A stretch of DNA of 58,121 nucleotides, counting the filler, from Basidiobolus meristosporus CBS 931.73 (lineage: Eukaryota > Fungi > Basidiobolomycota): NCBI GenBank assembly GCA_002104905.1. It is 3 parts of 3 records of this genome, joined end to end, with 100 filler letters (N's around TTAATTAATTAA, not from the genome) between each part and the next. Parts side by side here need not be neighbours in the genome. Positions count along the whole stretch, not along the records: positions 1 to 24,111 come from MCFE01000954.1; positions 24,212 to 41,264 come from MCFE01001105.1; 1 more part is not named here. One strand, given 5' to 3'. The notes below the pieces were generated by a model, which was given only the letters and a program-made list of their open reading frames with translations, made no database searches and was not told the DNA's origin. Shown piece by piece: positions 14,001 to 28,453 of this stretch. Each line of letters begins with the position of its first letter. The first letter of the stretch is position 1. A program made the position numbers and the translations under genes.

Positions 14001-15015
14001 CACTGCTTCTAAGGTTTACTTGGATAGTTCCTTCTCCCACTGCATCAAGTGTTCTATCGTCACCCATGAAAACCTTCTTAATTGGAATTTCTTGATATTG
14101 GGTAAAAAGTTCTTTTTGGTGTGTAAAGTGTTGAGAAGCTCCAGAGTCAATATACCACGTCTGAGAATCCTTGTTTGTGGTCATATTTAGTGCAGATATG
14201 AATAGTCTATCTTCAGTTGTTACAGCATTTCCATATTCAGGCTTCTTTTGCTGATAATCTCTCTTTTTGAAACATCGGTCTGATGTGTGTCCTTTCCTTT
14301 TGCAGTAGTTGCAAAATAGGTTGCTGTTGCCTTTGTAGGGTCTTGGGTACCTCCTTTGTTGGTTATCATTGCTTATTAAAGCATTTTCTTCTTCCTTCTT
14401 ATTGGCGCTTGATTTTCTTAATTCTTCATCCAGGAGCCTTCCATATACGTAATTTAAGGTCAAATCTTCAGTTCTGGACTCTAGGGCTGATACAAGGCCC
14501 TGAAACTCGTCTGTCAGGCTATTCAGGATGGTAACTATCACATCCTCATCAGTAGTTGGTACGCCCACAGATTCCATCTCATCTACCAGCAGGGTAATTC
14601 TGTTAATTAGATTTTTCATTTCTTCTCCTGGCAGCATCTTTGTAGTAAAGAATTTTCTTCTCAGATACATTTTCTTGGCAGCTGAACATGACTGGTAGGT
14701 GTCTTCTAATGCTTTCCAGGCATTCTTTGCCGTTTTTGCTCTTGAGCATTGAATTAGCAATTTGTCCTTGACATTAAGGCAAATGCAGTTAAAGGCACTT
14801 TGTTCTTTCTTCTGGTACTTCAAGGCTTCCTCTCCCACGTTTTTAGGAGGGCATTCTTCTCCCATGACAATATCCCAAAGGCCTCTTTCTTGTAGCAGCA
14901 TCTTCATCTTCACCTTCCACACTTGGTAGTTAGATCCATCCAACTTTTCAGCAGAGGGAAAAATTCCAGTAATAGCAGTAGTAGACATTGCAGAGAGTGA
15001 CAGCTCGGGGCTCAT
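11044..15015 (-). CDS. Copia gag-pol polyprotein (Gag-PR-IN-RT-RNaseH)
   Basis: Zinc knuckle CNYCKRKGHTSDRC, protease WYIDSGAS, integrase HRRFGH..CEAC with DDE (HSDLCGP, RSDNGGEY, QNGVAE), RT YVDD, RNase H SDADW/TEAEY/QDN. Start is ATG 15015 or 14988, not 15147 (inside the LTR). Confidence 0.97.
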   Translation of the reverse strand: MSPELSLSAMSTTAITGIFPSAEKLDGSNYQVWKVKMKMLLQERGLWDIVMGEECPPKNVGEEALKYQKKEQSAFNCICLNVKDKLLIQCSRAKTAKNAWKALEDTYQSCSAAKKMYLRRKFFTTKMLPGEEMKNLINRITLLVDEMESVGVPTTDEDVIVTILNSLTDEFQGLVSALESRTEDLTLNYVYGRLLDEELRKSSANKKEEENALISNDNQQRRYPRPYKGNSNLFCNYCKRKGHTSDRCFKKRDYQQKKPEYGNAVTTEDRLFISALNMTTNKDSQTWYIDSGASQHFTHQKELFTQYQEIPIKKVFMGDDRTLDAVGEGTIQVNLRSSEGSHTLTFKEVLYVPEIAKNLLSVSKATAEGLSFSFDNSGCRITDQNGAHIASGIRDQNLYKLTYIPSYLEANISNLNEETPMLWHRRFGHINFDYLRKMIKDQLISGVKIDPPAILEHCEACIYGKQARQPFKSSGLIKTKKKLDLIHSDLCGPMQNLSLGGMKYLITFIDDYTRYTWVYFMERKEEALSKLREFKAMVERETGEKIKKIRSDNGGEYTSKLFIHFCKIHGIKQETTVPYSPQQNGVAERANRSIIDMARSMIHDQKLSYDFWAESVATAVYLKNRSYNRILRDSTPFEAWYGYRPSAEHLRIFGCTAYAKKLAGNQSKFEPKSVKCIFLGYCNESKAYRLYNTEAKKLIKSRDVLFDENSKFSQKMTSDDDENLISSPPIVRIESEQNNENFFTPEDSTTVVQPESVPRNIPEVIIPVSNARRSNRTRNSPNYYINEGTNLAYAYSVHVDEPQTVKEALNSPQTKFWRSAMTEEYQALMENQTWDLVKLPINRKSIGCRWVFKTKYKADGTIERYKARLVAKGYSQTKGLDYTETFAPVAKFNSIRLILAIAAKYKFFIHQMDVKTAFLNGELDEDVYMDQPDGFVDQDNPHLVCKLKKSLYGLKQSPRAWNCKIDSYLESLSFKRSNADYSIYYKPDRANPVLLALYVDDLIIAANNLETLEETKSSLSKEFKMSDLGELSYYLGIKFSIDRSTQTITLSQSKYIQDILKKYKMEDCKPAATPMETNLNLVKTQPNQESLVPSESPDFPYQSMVGSLMYIMLGTRPDISYSVGVVSQHNQNYGSDHIAAVKRIFRYLKGTADICLRYTYKDSEQDLVGYSDADWGRNLEDRRSTTGYTFLYCKGAISWNSRKQPTVALSTTEAEYMAACEATKEAMWLRKLFTDLGLCQKTPITLFQDNQGCIQLGRNPTFHARTKHIDIRHHFIREAIENNLVSLVYCPTDEMIADIFTKPLARDKFEYLRSKLGLVSMNI

Positions 15016-15019
15016 AACC
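15003..15019 (-). promoter_or_regulatory. Primer-binding site complementary to the tRNA-iMet anticodon arm (half-tRNA priming)
   Basis: GGTTATGAGCCCCGAGC directly abuts the 5' LTR. The GGTTATGAGCCC core is the Ty5/copia-type PBS. Confidence 0.9.
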
Positions 15020-15090
15020 TGTTGTAAGAGTCTTGGAGATATTGGAAGTGATTTGGAGAACAAGTAGATTATGTGGTTTTCACTTAATGA

Positions 15091-15118
15091 TTTATTGAAT
15101 GTAAAAGTAGTATTTATA
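15091..15118 (-). promoter_or_regulatory. LTR TATA box (TATAAATA, 15111-15118) and poly(A) signal (AATAAA, 15091-15096)
   Basis: Both motifs are in the expected order in the LTR and are duplicated at 10774-10781 and 10754-10759. Confidence 0.6.
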
Positions 15119-16019
15119 CTTTTACATGGTCTTGGCATTACAAACACGTAGAATAGGTTAAGGAAGGTCCCAAGAACATGTGTGCAAAGTTTGGGGCTGT
15201 TTGGACAACTTTGAGAATTTTCATGTTCTGGGTACCTGGTATTTTGGTGAAAATATTCTAAGTAAATCCCGACAAGGAATTTGGTCAGTATTCTCTAGGA
15301 TTTGAAGGTGATGATCTAAGTGACTAAGTTAGGTGAATATTTAGGTGGAAAATACGAATTTTTACAACAATACTGATGTGGTATGGAACATGCAAAACAT
15401 GTGGGCCCTCTTATCTCATACCCTGTGCAAATTATAAAGCCTAGCACCTGCTTTGTCAAAAACCATGAGCAGTACAAAATGTCTGGTAGTAAGCATTATG
15501 AGCCTTGAACAAACAAGTAGAAACACAAACAGAACCAAGATCGTTATCCTCCAGCAGTCTCTCCATTGACAGTCAGGGAACAATATCTTTTCAGTGCCTC
15601 CACCGGACTGGAGAGTGGGTTTCAAGGCTGACTGCACAACACGGGTGAACTTGATGCAAAAAAAGTCCACCCCATTCAATGGAACTCCCACCTCTGAGCC
15701 CATCAAGGCCCCCCCCCCCAAGTAAATCATATTCCGATTGATATCACAAAATTGGTAAGCAACACTGCCATCGTAAGTAGGTCATTGAACATGAACAGAA
15801 ACGCAAACAACTGAACACTTGGAGGTAAATGGTTATTTAACATCGATCGAAAACGGGCCAACAAACGGTGTGGTGATACTCTATGTCCAATGGAGGCCTT
15901 TTCTCGGCTGGTTTGGGGTGGGTGAATATGGAGGGGTTCACGCGTAGTATACACCATGACACCACACCAAGTGAAAGGTTGGTTAAAGATTGGATTAAGA
16001 TTCGGATTACAAGGTGGGC

Positions 16020-18267
<2,248 letters not shown>

Positions 18268-18920
18268 TTTCAGTTAGATGAACAAGCAGATGGTATGATG
18301 GTAGGGTTGAGTTAAGCTCGCTTCAAGCCAAAGTGAGTAATAAACTCAGGGGAATGGTATTTACTCAAAGATACTGGCGTAGTACCCAGTGCACTACCTA
18401 TAATCTACCACGTTATACGGTAGGTATCTCCGAGCCACTTTAGGAAATTTCATGATATCCACCAACACAAATACTGATCAGTCACATATTGACCACATTT
18501 ACGATGCAGAATGGCAACTAGGGTTTGTATTTGGCTGCCTGATGACTGCTGAAAGTTCTGGGGCCTAATGCATATTTATGCCAATATCTAGTTCTCAATG
18601 TCCTTTGTATGCGATTCCGGCTAATCTGGCCAATAGGTGCCATCTCTGATATAACTGTCGTCTCCTGATTGGCGGCTTGTTTTAGCACTAATGTGTAGCA
18701 ATATGCCATGAAACTTCCCCACTTTCCAGCGTTTGTTCGTTCATTAACTAATCAACCTTTAAGCACCGATTTGGAATTGGGAATTTCTATTCTTAGCAGG
18801 CTGGTATTTTGTTTTCTTAAATCCGCATATAGCAATGGTGAACATATTACATTTAATGATTGTTTCTTTTCCTTGGTTGTGGTTTGCCCGTATCTGTAAA
18901 AGCCCCTACCTGACTTCTAG

Positions 18921-19610
18921 ATGAGCTTCTTGAAACGATGCAGTTGCTTTGGCAACAATGACGACGTGCTCCTATCAGAATTACCAAACCGATATGGCCA
19001 AGCACACAAACCTAATAACAACAGGAATAAGCGCAAAATAGACAAGAGTGCGATAGGAAAGCCGTCGAATTTCCAAGTAATGTTGACTCATTCCCCAAGT
19101 GTTGCGTACTGATTTGACTGATTTTCCTTCTACTTTGCCCACATATAGCATACTGGGCATATTGGTAATTATTGAGAAGACCTCGGTATATACTAGTCTT
19201 TTCCCTAACACATTCACTTTAAGGCATCTCCGAACTGCAAAGTGGAGTGGTTGACCGGGTCGACGTAAGTGCCTTAGCAACTCCACTTTATTTCTGCTAT
19301 CTTACTTTGTAGACTTGTGTAGCCCGAGAAAATCAAGAAACAAATGGCTGAAATTGCTGCAGTCTTGAACTTTGATGATTTAATAACCCCAGAGCTTGAG
19401 TCTATCCAGCGAGACAATCCAACCAAGGAGGCACCTACTCACAAAGCTGAAGTGTCGAGAAAAGAAACCGATACCAACGCGGTAACACACTCCAGTTCAG
19501 TCCACCCTCCTACAAACCGACCACTAATTTCGTCTGTTTTAGACAGTAAATTAACAATACGTTGTTCCAGCCAGAGAAGAAGAAAAATATTCCTTCGATG
19601 CCATCACTAA
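18921..19610 (+). CDS. Small CRIB-domain protein, CDC42 small effector (SPEC)-like
   Basis: Exons 18921-19076, 19149-19164, 19224-19264, 19323-(3' end uncertain) give MSFLKRCSCFG...RNKRKIDKSAIGKPSNFQHTGHIGISELQSG...KIKKQMAE. All introns are GT-AG. Confidence 0.75.
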
Positions 19611-20091
19611 ATACTGATAATCGCTCCACGCTTGTCCTGACCCCTTCCAGCCATATCCCACTATCTAGGTATAATTTCTTGAATGAGCAATCCACTGTAT
19701 TCTCCCACCTTTTTATCCACAACCATGTATTCTCTTTATAACTCAAGTATTGTAATCCACTAAAACTGAAATTTTGCGAGATTCTCCCCTACGGACCACT
19801 GCTTGCGACGGCCCTTGTTTGCGTAGCGCATTCTTGGCAACATGTAATCTAGCCCTGTTCCCAGTAAAGCAAAGCTGAAATGCGCAATTGTGCCAAACCA
19901 CGGATTGATTAGTAATTTATGGCCACCGCCCTTATAGGATGACGCAAACTAGGGAACTGGGTGATTTTGGTTTAACTGACAAATTTTCGGATGATACGAA
20001 TGTTTACCATCTAGTACACTCCAGGTTATATCGTGACTTAGGCCGCCCTCGTAAACCTTTCCCTCAGCTGAAACCCCCCGATTCAACTTCA

Positions 20092-21485
20092 ATGAGCTTT
20101 GTTAAAGTCATCCATTCCCAGCCGGAGTACCAGACACTTCTCAACTCCGCACCCGCCACCAAACTGGTACCTTTCGCCGTTGACCGCGTTCTTATTGTAG
20201 CCTCGACTAAAACACTGCTTTCCCCCCTTTCTGAACCAGGTTGTGGTAGACTTCACCGCCAAATGTAAGCCCCCTTGAAGTCGTTGTGTTAGTTCGTCTA
20301 GATTAAACTCTGAACAATAGGGTGTCAGCCATGTCAGATCATCGGACCCATCTTCAACAACCTTAGCTCGAAATATAGAAATGTCACTTTTGCCAAGGTC
20401 GACGTTGACGATGTGCAGGTATTTACGGACTTTTGGATTGAGGTGAACGGTTGATCAGAAGGCACTCAACCAGTCTTACTTAATAGGAGGTTGCCCAGGC
20501 CGCAGGTGTTAGCTCCATGTATGCATTCCATCCCTTTAAACCATACTGTACAGTCGTACTAAATCTCTGCATTCGGTTGTTGCTCCGCCGACTTCCAGGC
20601 CTACTTTCCAAGTAACCAGATTCTCCGCATTTGGACGTTGGATTTTCTCGTACTGATCATTCGCTCTTCACAGTTTTTCAAGAACAAGGCGAAGATTGCC
20701 GAGCTAAAGGGAGCCAACCCCCAGCAGCTCGAGGCCCTGATTGTTCAGCACCAGGGCGACGTTGAGGATGAATCTAGCAGCTTCAATATTCCCGGCCATG
20801 TATGTTCCACTGTCACCTATGCACAGACCAACCGACGCACCTCTTACGAAATGCACCTTTTCTAGTCCGACATCACGGAGTTCGTCACAGTCAACCAGCT
20901 GGAGTGCCTCAACCAAAAATCCAACCACACCATTCGCAACATCTTCAAAAAAGATGCCAGCTACCTAGAAAGTGATGTAGACGAGCAGCTGATCATTTCA
21001 GTTCCCTTCAACCAAGCGGTCAAGGTCCATTCCATCAAGCTAGTCGCATCCAAAGGTAAATACACCCTCGTACTCGATTAGGGGGACCGGCAGAGCGACA
21101 ACTAAGGGCATCTTATCGATTTTAGTTCAATCCGCCCCCAAGACCATCAAGCTCTTCTGCAACCGTTTAACCCTCGGCTTTGATGAGGTGGATGATATTC
21201 AGGAGACACAGACCTTGGAGCTGACCGAGGCGGATTACGAGGAGAATGCCGTGATCCCCTTGCGCTTCGTAAAATTCCAAAATGTGTCTAGCATCATTGT
21301 AAGTGCTTCACAGTCGGGAGTTTTGGGCGAATGCGAACTAACCTTGCCTCCTTCTCTCAACGCAGCTCTTTGTGGAGGATAATCTTGGCGACGAGGAGAC
21401 CACGCAGCTCCAGCAAGTGGTGTTCATCGGCTCACCCATTGAGACCACCAAGATGAGTGATTTAAAGAGCCAGAGCGCTCACTAA
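20092..21485 (+). CDS. TXL1: Thioredoxin-like protein 1 (Trx + PITH domain), 9 exons
   Basis: Exons 20092-20166, 20240-20264, 20321-20418, 20487-20518, 20599-20611, 20674-20799, 20866-21055, 21126-21298, 21366-21485. Motifs VVVDFTAKWCQPC, KVDVD, MPTF and PITH motifs YLESDVDEQL, PLRFVKFQNV. Confidence 0.93.
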
Positions 21486-21719
21486 GTAATACTTAATCCT
21501 ACTATTCACAATAAAAAGAATCGAACCATGATTGGGCCTGCATATATTATCAGAGAAGTCGAAAACCATCCCTTTTTTTCTCGAAATGGTCGATCCGCTC
21601 ACCAGATAGGGAATTCCCACAGAGGCAACCAATCTGCCAGCGTGCTAGATACCAGGAAACTTTGTGTCCCTTGCCAGCTATTTTCCCACTTTAGTTTCTT
21701 TCCAACCCAAACCACGAAG

Positions 21720-23733
21720 ATGAGACACCGATCGAACCTGTTGGAGAATTTAAGAGCTCGCGAGAACGGCGAGTATTTTGGGCGAGAGAGCCCACTTCTG
21801 GCTGGTATGACCCCGTTGTTTCCTTCTCTCCCACGATCACTTCAAGGAGCTTTCTAATTCACTCCCACTTTGTTCTTTACAGAGCGGCGGCTATACTCCA
21901 ATCCGACATACCTGACCGAGAGGCTCACATTGACGAACATCCTTTCGGAGCACACCGGCTGCGTAAACACCGTCAACTGGAATGAGACGGGGGAATTGCT
22001 GGTCTCCGGTTCGGACGATACTAAGCTTTGCATTTGGAAGTATCCGGAAGGTAGTTTACTTAGTAGCATCGAGACCGATCACGAAGCAAACATATTCTGC
22101 ACGAAATTCATGCCTTCTACCAATAGCCAAGTGGTGATTTCGTGTGCTGGCGACAATGTGGTGAAGGTGTGGGATGTGTGGAAAGACGAAGGTGCGTGTC
22201 GACACACATACAAATGCAACTTGGCCAGCACCAAACGCATCGTCACCGAGCCAGGAAATCCCTACGTATTTCTTACGTGCAGCGAAGACGGTAAGTGCAT
22301 GGCTTCTACCAGTCGTCCGAGCCCCCAACTAACCCAGCCTCCGATGATGCCTTAGGCACCGTCCGGAACTTCGATCTCAGGGAGTCTCACCAGTGCCAGA
22401 GCGTATGTCGCACAAATCTGGTGGTCAACTTCCGACCCTACTTGATCGAGCTGAACTCAATCACCTTGAACCCCATTCACCCCCAATACATCGCCATCGG
22501 CGGAGGGGATCCATATGTGTATCTATGGGACAGGAGAATGGTCAGTGCGAAAACTGCCCTGGATCCTCGGCACCAGATGGAGTACTGTGTCAAGAAGTTC
22601 AAGCCGAACAAAAGCAAATCCGACCACGTCACGGCGGTGAAGTTCAGCGAAAGCAACGGCCGGGAGTTGCTCGGCAGCTGGTCCAATGACTTTGTGCATC
22701 TTTTCGACATCCACGAAAGCAAGGAGAAGGTGGGCACTGAGAAGCCCCCCACCAAGGTCAGGAGAAACTCGTGCACGTACCTTGATAGCAAACGAAAGAA
22801 ATCAAGGTATGCCGAGGACTCCGAGAGCGACGACTGCGAGTTGCACACTTCCGAGCCCAGCCTGGACCAGACGGAGGACCCAAGCTCGGAGGAAGACATC
22901 GATTTCAACCAACTCACTGAGCTGATTCAGAATGACTGGGAAGATCAAGAGTTGCTTTCCGAGTCGGAGGGTGCCCAGAGCGAGGTCGGTTCTGAGGTAG
23001 AGCAGGGGCTGGATCTTATCACAAGCCGGATAATGGAGGCGAACAGCGACATCGATAGCTCCGATGTCATGGAGGCCATCGAGAGCTTTTTAGACGGGGA
23101 TTCTGGAGACGAGTCCAGCGACGAGGACTTCACCTCGGAATACAAGAACATACAGACGATCTTCAACTCGGTGATCGAGGAAGTGAGGGAATCGACCACG
23201 TACAAGGGACACTGCAACGTCCAAACGATCAAGGATGTGAACTTCTATGGACCGAACGACGAATACGTCATATCGGGCAGCGACGACGGGAACTTCTTTA
23301 TCTGGGACAAGAAGTCGCGGAGGATTGTTCAAATCCTGAAAGGCGATGAGGATGTAGTCAACTGTATTCAGGTAAGTTCTGCAACTTCAATATCAACAGC
23401 CGATCCTAACGACAGCCCCATCAGGGACATCCATTCGAACCGGCCATTGCCGTCTCCGGTATCGATTCCACAATCAAGATCTTCACACCACAAGTACAGG
23501 GGCCACATGAGGAATTTGAGCCCACGGTCAACGGCGCCCCAGCCACCAGTCCGAATCACGTATGGAGCAGCAAGTCCTTGTTGGCCAGGGAAGAGGAAAT
23601 CGTCATGTCCAACGAGAACAGACGACAAGAAGGAATCTGGGGTGCCCCCATCACCGGATCCTTTTTAAGATTCCTCCTTACCAGAGCAGGAGCTATTGAT
23701 TCTAGTTCCGATGACATGGACCAGAATAGCTAG
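21720..23733 (+). CDS. WD40 DCAF8/DCAF6-like protein with an apparent 1-bp frameshift near the 3' end
   Basis: Exons 21720-21804, 21883-22290, 22356-23371, 23425-23733. Motifs HTGCVNTVNW..LLVSGSDD, HEANIF..KF, YKGHCNVQTIKDVNFYG..YVISGSDDG, VVNCIQ. Frame break at 23440-23441. Confidence 0.85.
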
Positions 23734-23916
23734 AGAGTTTGTGAATATTTGATGTTGTAAATTTGCTCCTGTTTCCTGTTTCCTGTTTTATTACCAAGCA
23801 AAATTAAACCCGATGTGACTGATCAATCGTCCGGGAAAAATGGTCCTAATTTCATGACCCTATCCTGCACGTATACTTGGATTGATACGGGCTTGTATTT
23901 CTTTGCTATCACGAAT

Positions 23917-24111
23917 ATGGAACCATCTCACGAAAAATCCCCCTCTGACTTTCTCAAGCACATCATCGGACATCCAGTCCAAGTAAAGCTGAACTCCGGC
24001 GTTGACTACAGAGGTAAGGGCATCCTTTGGCTGCTGTGATCTATCAGCCTAACTCAACAAACCTAGGGATTCTCGCGTGCCTGGACGGTTACATGAACAT
24101 TGCCCTCGAAC
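23917..24111 (+). CDS. LSM6: U6 snRNA-associated Sm-like protein LSm6 (truncated by gap)
   Basis: SPSDFLKHIIGHPVQVKLNSGVDYRG|ILACLDGYMNIALE, with intron 24014-24066. Confidence 0.93.
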
Positions 24112-24211
24112 NNNNNNNNNNNNNNNNNNNNNNNNNNNNNNNNNNNNNNNNNNNNTTAATTAATTAANNNNNNNNNNNNNNNNNNNNNNNNNNNNNNNNN
24201 NNNNNNNNNNN
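24112..24211. other. Scaffold gap with artificial six-frame stop linker
   Basis: N44-TTAATTAATTAA-N44. Confidence 0.97.
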
Positions 24212-25548
<1,337 letters not shown>

Positions 25549-28453
25549 GTGTGCAGTAGAATGGGCTTGTTATACAGTATATGAAGTATCTATGTAAAAG
25601 ACGAAGCTATTGAATAACTTTCTCTAGCTACGTATACTTAGTCCAGCTCGGACATCCAGGAAAAGGTCGGCAAATGTGTAGGCTTCTTATGAACAGCAAA
25701 AGAGTTCAACGGACGCTAATCTAGAATGTGTGACTCGCGTGAGTATGAATGGGAAGTGAAAAAGGGAGGAGTAAGGAGGGAGTACACGAAGGTATGATGA
25801 ATCAATTTTGTGGCCAGAGTGAATTTATAGTACCGGAGTATTTTGCCAAAAATGTGGTGACATACTAGTGTCTGTGTTTACCCTTTTTGCAAATTTGTTT
25901 GGGCCAAGTACTCAGACTGGCCCTCGCGGGAGATGTGATTGGCCAGACTCTCCCTATTTCGCATCCTTCACCCGCATTAGTTTACAGGTTGGAAGTCTGC
26001 GATAAACTGTGTACAGTTCGACCACTAAGATTCGTAAGCGAAGCATTGCATTGATTTGGATTCACTGTTTATCTTTTGTGCCGGTTGATGGCAATTGCAA
26101 GCTCTGGGCTCGAATGATGTGCGTCGCATGGTAATAGCTCTTTATCAAGTCGGGGATTTCTCCGTCAGCCTCGCAACTGGTTGACTATGGAATAGAGTTT
26201 GTTTCCTGCCTGTCAGTTTTCCGATGATTGGGCTTCCATACATCACAGAGTATTTCCCCTGGACGTAGTAGACAAACAGTAGTCTCTTCAACATTAAATG
26301 CCTTCATATGGTCGATATCGGTATTGCATACAACAATTCATGTATCATTATTTTATACTTGATGGCGAAGATCATTCAGAAATCACACAGCAGAATGGGG
26401 GGGGGGTTTCAAGGCTGTCCAAATAACCCAGATCAGGCACATGTCGTCCATATTGTGTCCCTATGTTGAGTATCATAAAGGCCTAGGAAGTGTTATAGCA
26501 TGCTTCAATTTCCCCGTTGGTAGGAATTACCCTGTTTTATTAACCGTATCCCTAATTAAAAACTACCACTCAATACGCCAGAAGCCACTCACTCCCAAGG
26601 CTTTCCCTCCCAAAATCCATCCAAATTGAGCATCCAAATTTTAGGCCCTAGGGTACCTGAAAATATTGATATATTCTGTACTACATGCTGCCAAGTAGAA
26701 GTACTATATCAAATTCCAATTTTTTTGGGCATCACCGTATTAAGCTCTCCTAAAGGTCACATGGAATCAATTTAGCGCGCCTGGCGCAATTGAAAGTGAG
26801 CAGTAGAATTTTTTGATATAACTAGAGTCATGTCCGGCCAAAGCTCCAGCCAAGTGAGTAGCCGGATTGAGCTGGCAGGTTTTGCCCACCTAACTCACTG
26901 AATTGGCTTATGCTTGTTGTAAGTTTTGGTTCAAGCTTTGTCCTGCAGATCCAAAAACATCTTGAAAATTCCTGACCAAATTCTCAGTCATCATTTACAT
27001 GTAGAATTCTCACCAGATATCAGGAATGTAAAGCATTGACTCTGGTTTGCTATCCAAACATTTAATTCTGAGGTTTGCTTAAATGTACTCTATACTTTAT
27101 ATTTATTCTGTAAAGATTTTGCAAAACAGATATCAAAATCACATTGAATTGGTCCTCACACAAGGCAGAGCATGTTTTTACCTCCAACATCTCCAAAAGC
27201 TCTGACACCAGGTTAAGAGCCCCAATTTTTCACCCTCCAAAATGCTCACTCCTACTATTACTGGAGTTTTTCCCCTATGAAAAATTATTGTGATAATCCT
27301 GTCAGAAGGCCATCACAAATTCTAAGTCCCATGACTAGAAGGTATTGATCCCATCAGGACACCATGCAAAGACCATCAAAAAATAATTGCACCCCAGATT
27401 TCACAAAAAACTTGGTCAGAATTTTTCACCACAACAATACAAAAGTGGCTTTTGATTGGTTCTCTGCCAATTTGCTCACTTTCTGATCCTGGACACTCTA
27501 TCACCTTCTATGTTTGTGTGCATTGATTGGCTATTGCCTCTTTTTCACACTCTTTACTACCTGACTCAACTGTTTCTCTTACTTTTCATGCATACAAATT
27601 GATTTATTTCCATTGAAACTTCAGTTGCACCTCAATTGCCAATTGTATTGACCTATACAAGTCCCTATACTCTACACTAACATTGAGCCCAAACCCACAC
27701 TCAACAAGTAACTCCATTAAATCCACCACTCAGTAAGTATTTCTGCTGTAATGCTCTGTTTGCATGACTTTGGCAGGAACTCCACAGCTTTATGCTACTG
27801 TTCATTCACTGGTTCCTATATGTCCTAGTCTTCAGCTGGCACTGCAAGGTCTAGCACCTCATCTGCCAGTCTTTGCAATAAATCCTTGCAATATTCAGGT
27901 GCGTTTTCTTAAGCACTGCTCTTGAAGAAGTGCTGCAACATCTTGGTGTGCTTATTAATGTTCCAAAACTTCACTGAAGGCATTGGGATAACCTTTTAAG
28001 TTCTTGACATTGTTACTTTGTCTGTCAGTGAGATCTCCACTCTGTCAACAATGGAGGACATCAAGGCTGTGGTAGACAAATTGCCTTCTCTGCAAACTCA
28101 TCTACCTCACTGGAGTGTAGCACAACTGGCTGCACTTCCAACTTGTGTGAAAACAGCTGTTTTCTTGTTGGTAATTCTTCTTAACTATGATGGGATTCAG
28201 TCTGTTCCAGGCTTATGGTATTAATTGGCAAGAACTGCAGCTTTTTTCTTATGCTTCCATGCCTCTGGCTTGGGAAGACTTTTTTCCCTTTGCCTTTTCC
28301 TATATCACTGCCAGGTTCTTCACTTCTACTTTGACTGAATGCTTCTTGAGTGGAGCAATGCTTTTTCCTTGATAAATGTTGTGCTGGTGCCTCTGTATCT
28401 GCCTGCTTTTCCCTTATTGGTACTCTTCCAGCTATCTGCTGTCTCTTTGATGC

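Larger units (their letters stand above)
10683..15369 (-). mobile_element. Intact Ty1/Copia LTR retrotransposon
   Basis: LTRs 15020-15369 (5') and 10683-11032 (3'), 350 bp each, TGTTG...CAACA, no difference seen by eye. 5-bp TSD ATACT at 10678-10682 and 15370-15374. PBS, PPT and one uninterrupted gag-pol ORF present. Confidence 0.98.

Noticed and set aside
15016-15147. N-terminal extension of the gag-pol ORF (MFVMPRP...) in the ORF track
   Set aside because: Lies within the 5' LTR, and its starts are upstream of the LTR TATA box, so they are unlikely to be in the transcript.
15709-15719. Poly-C run (and poly-G run near 26400)
   Set aside because: Simple homopolymers with unreliable length and no further structure.
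24156-24167. TTAATTAATTAA palindrome inside N runs (also 41309-41320)
   Set aside because: Assembly linker with stops in all six frames; not biological.
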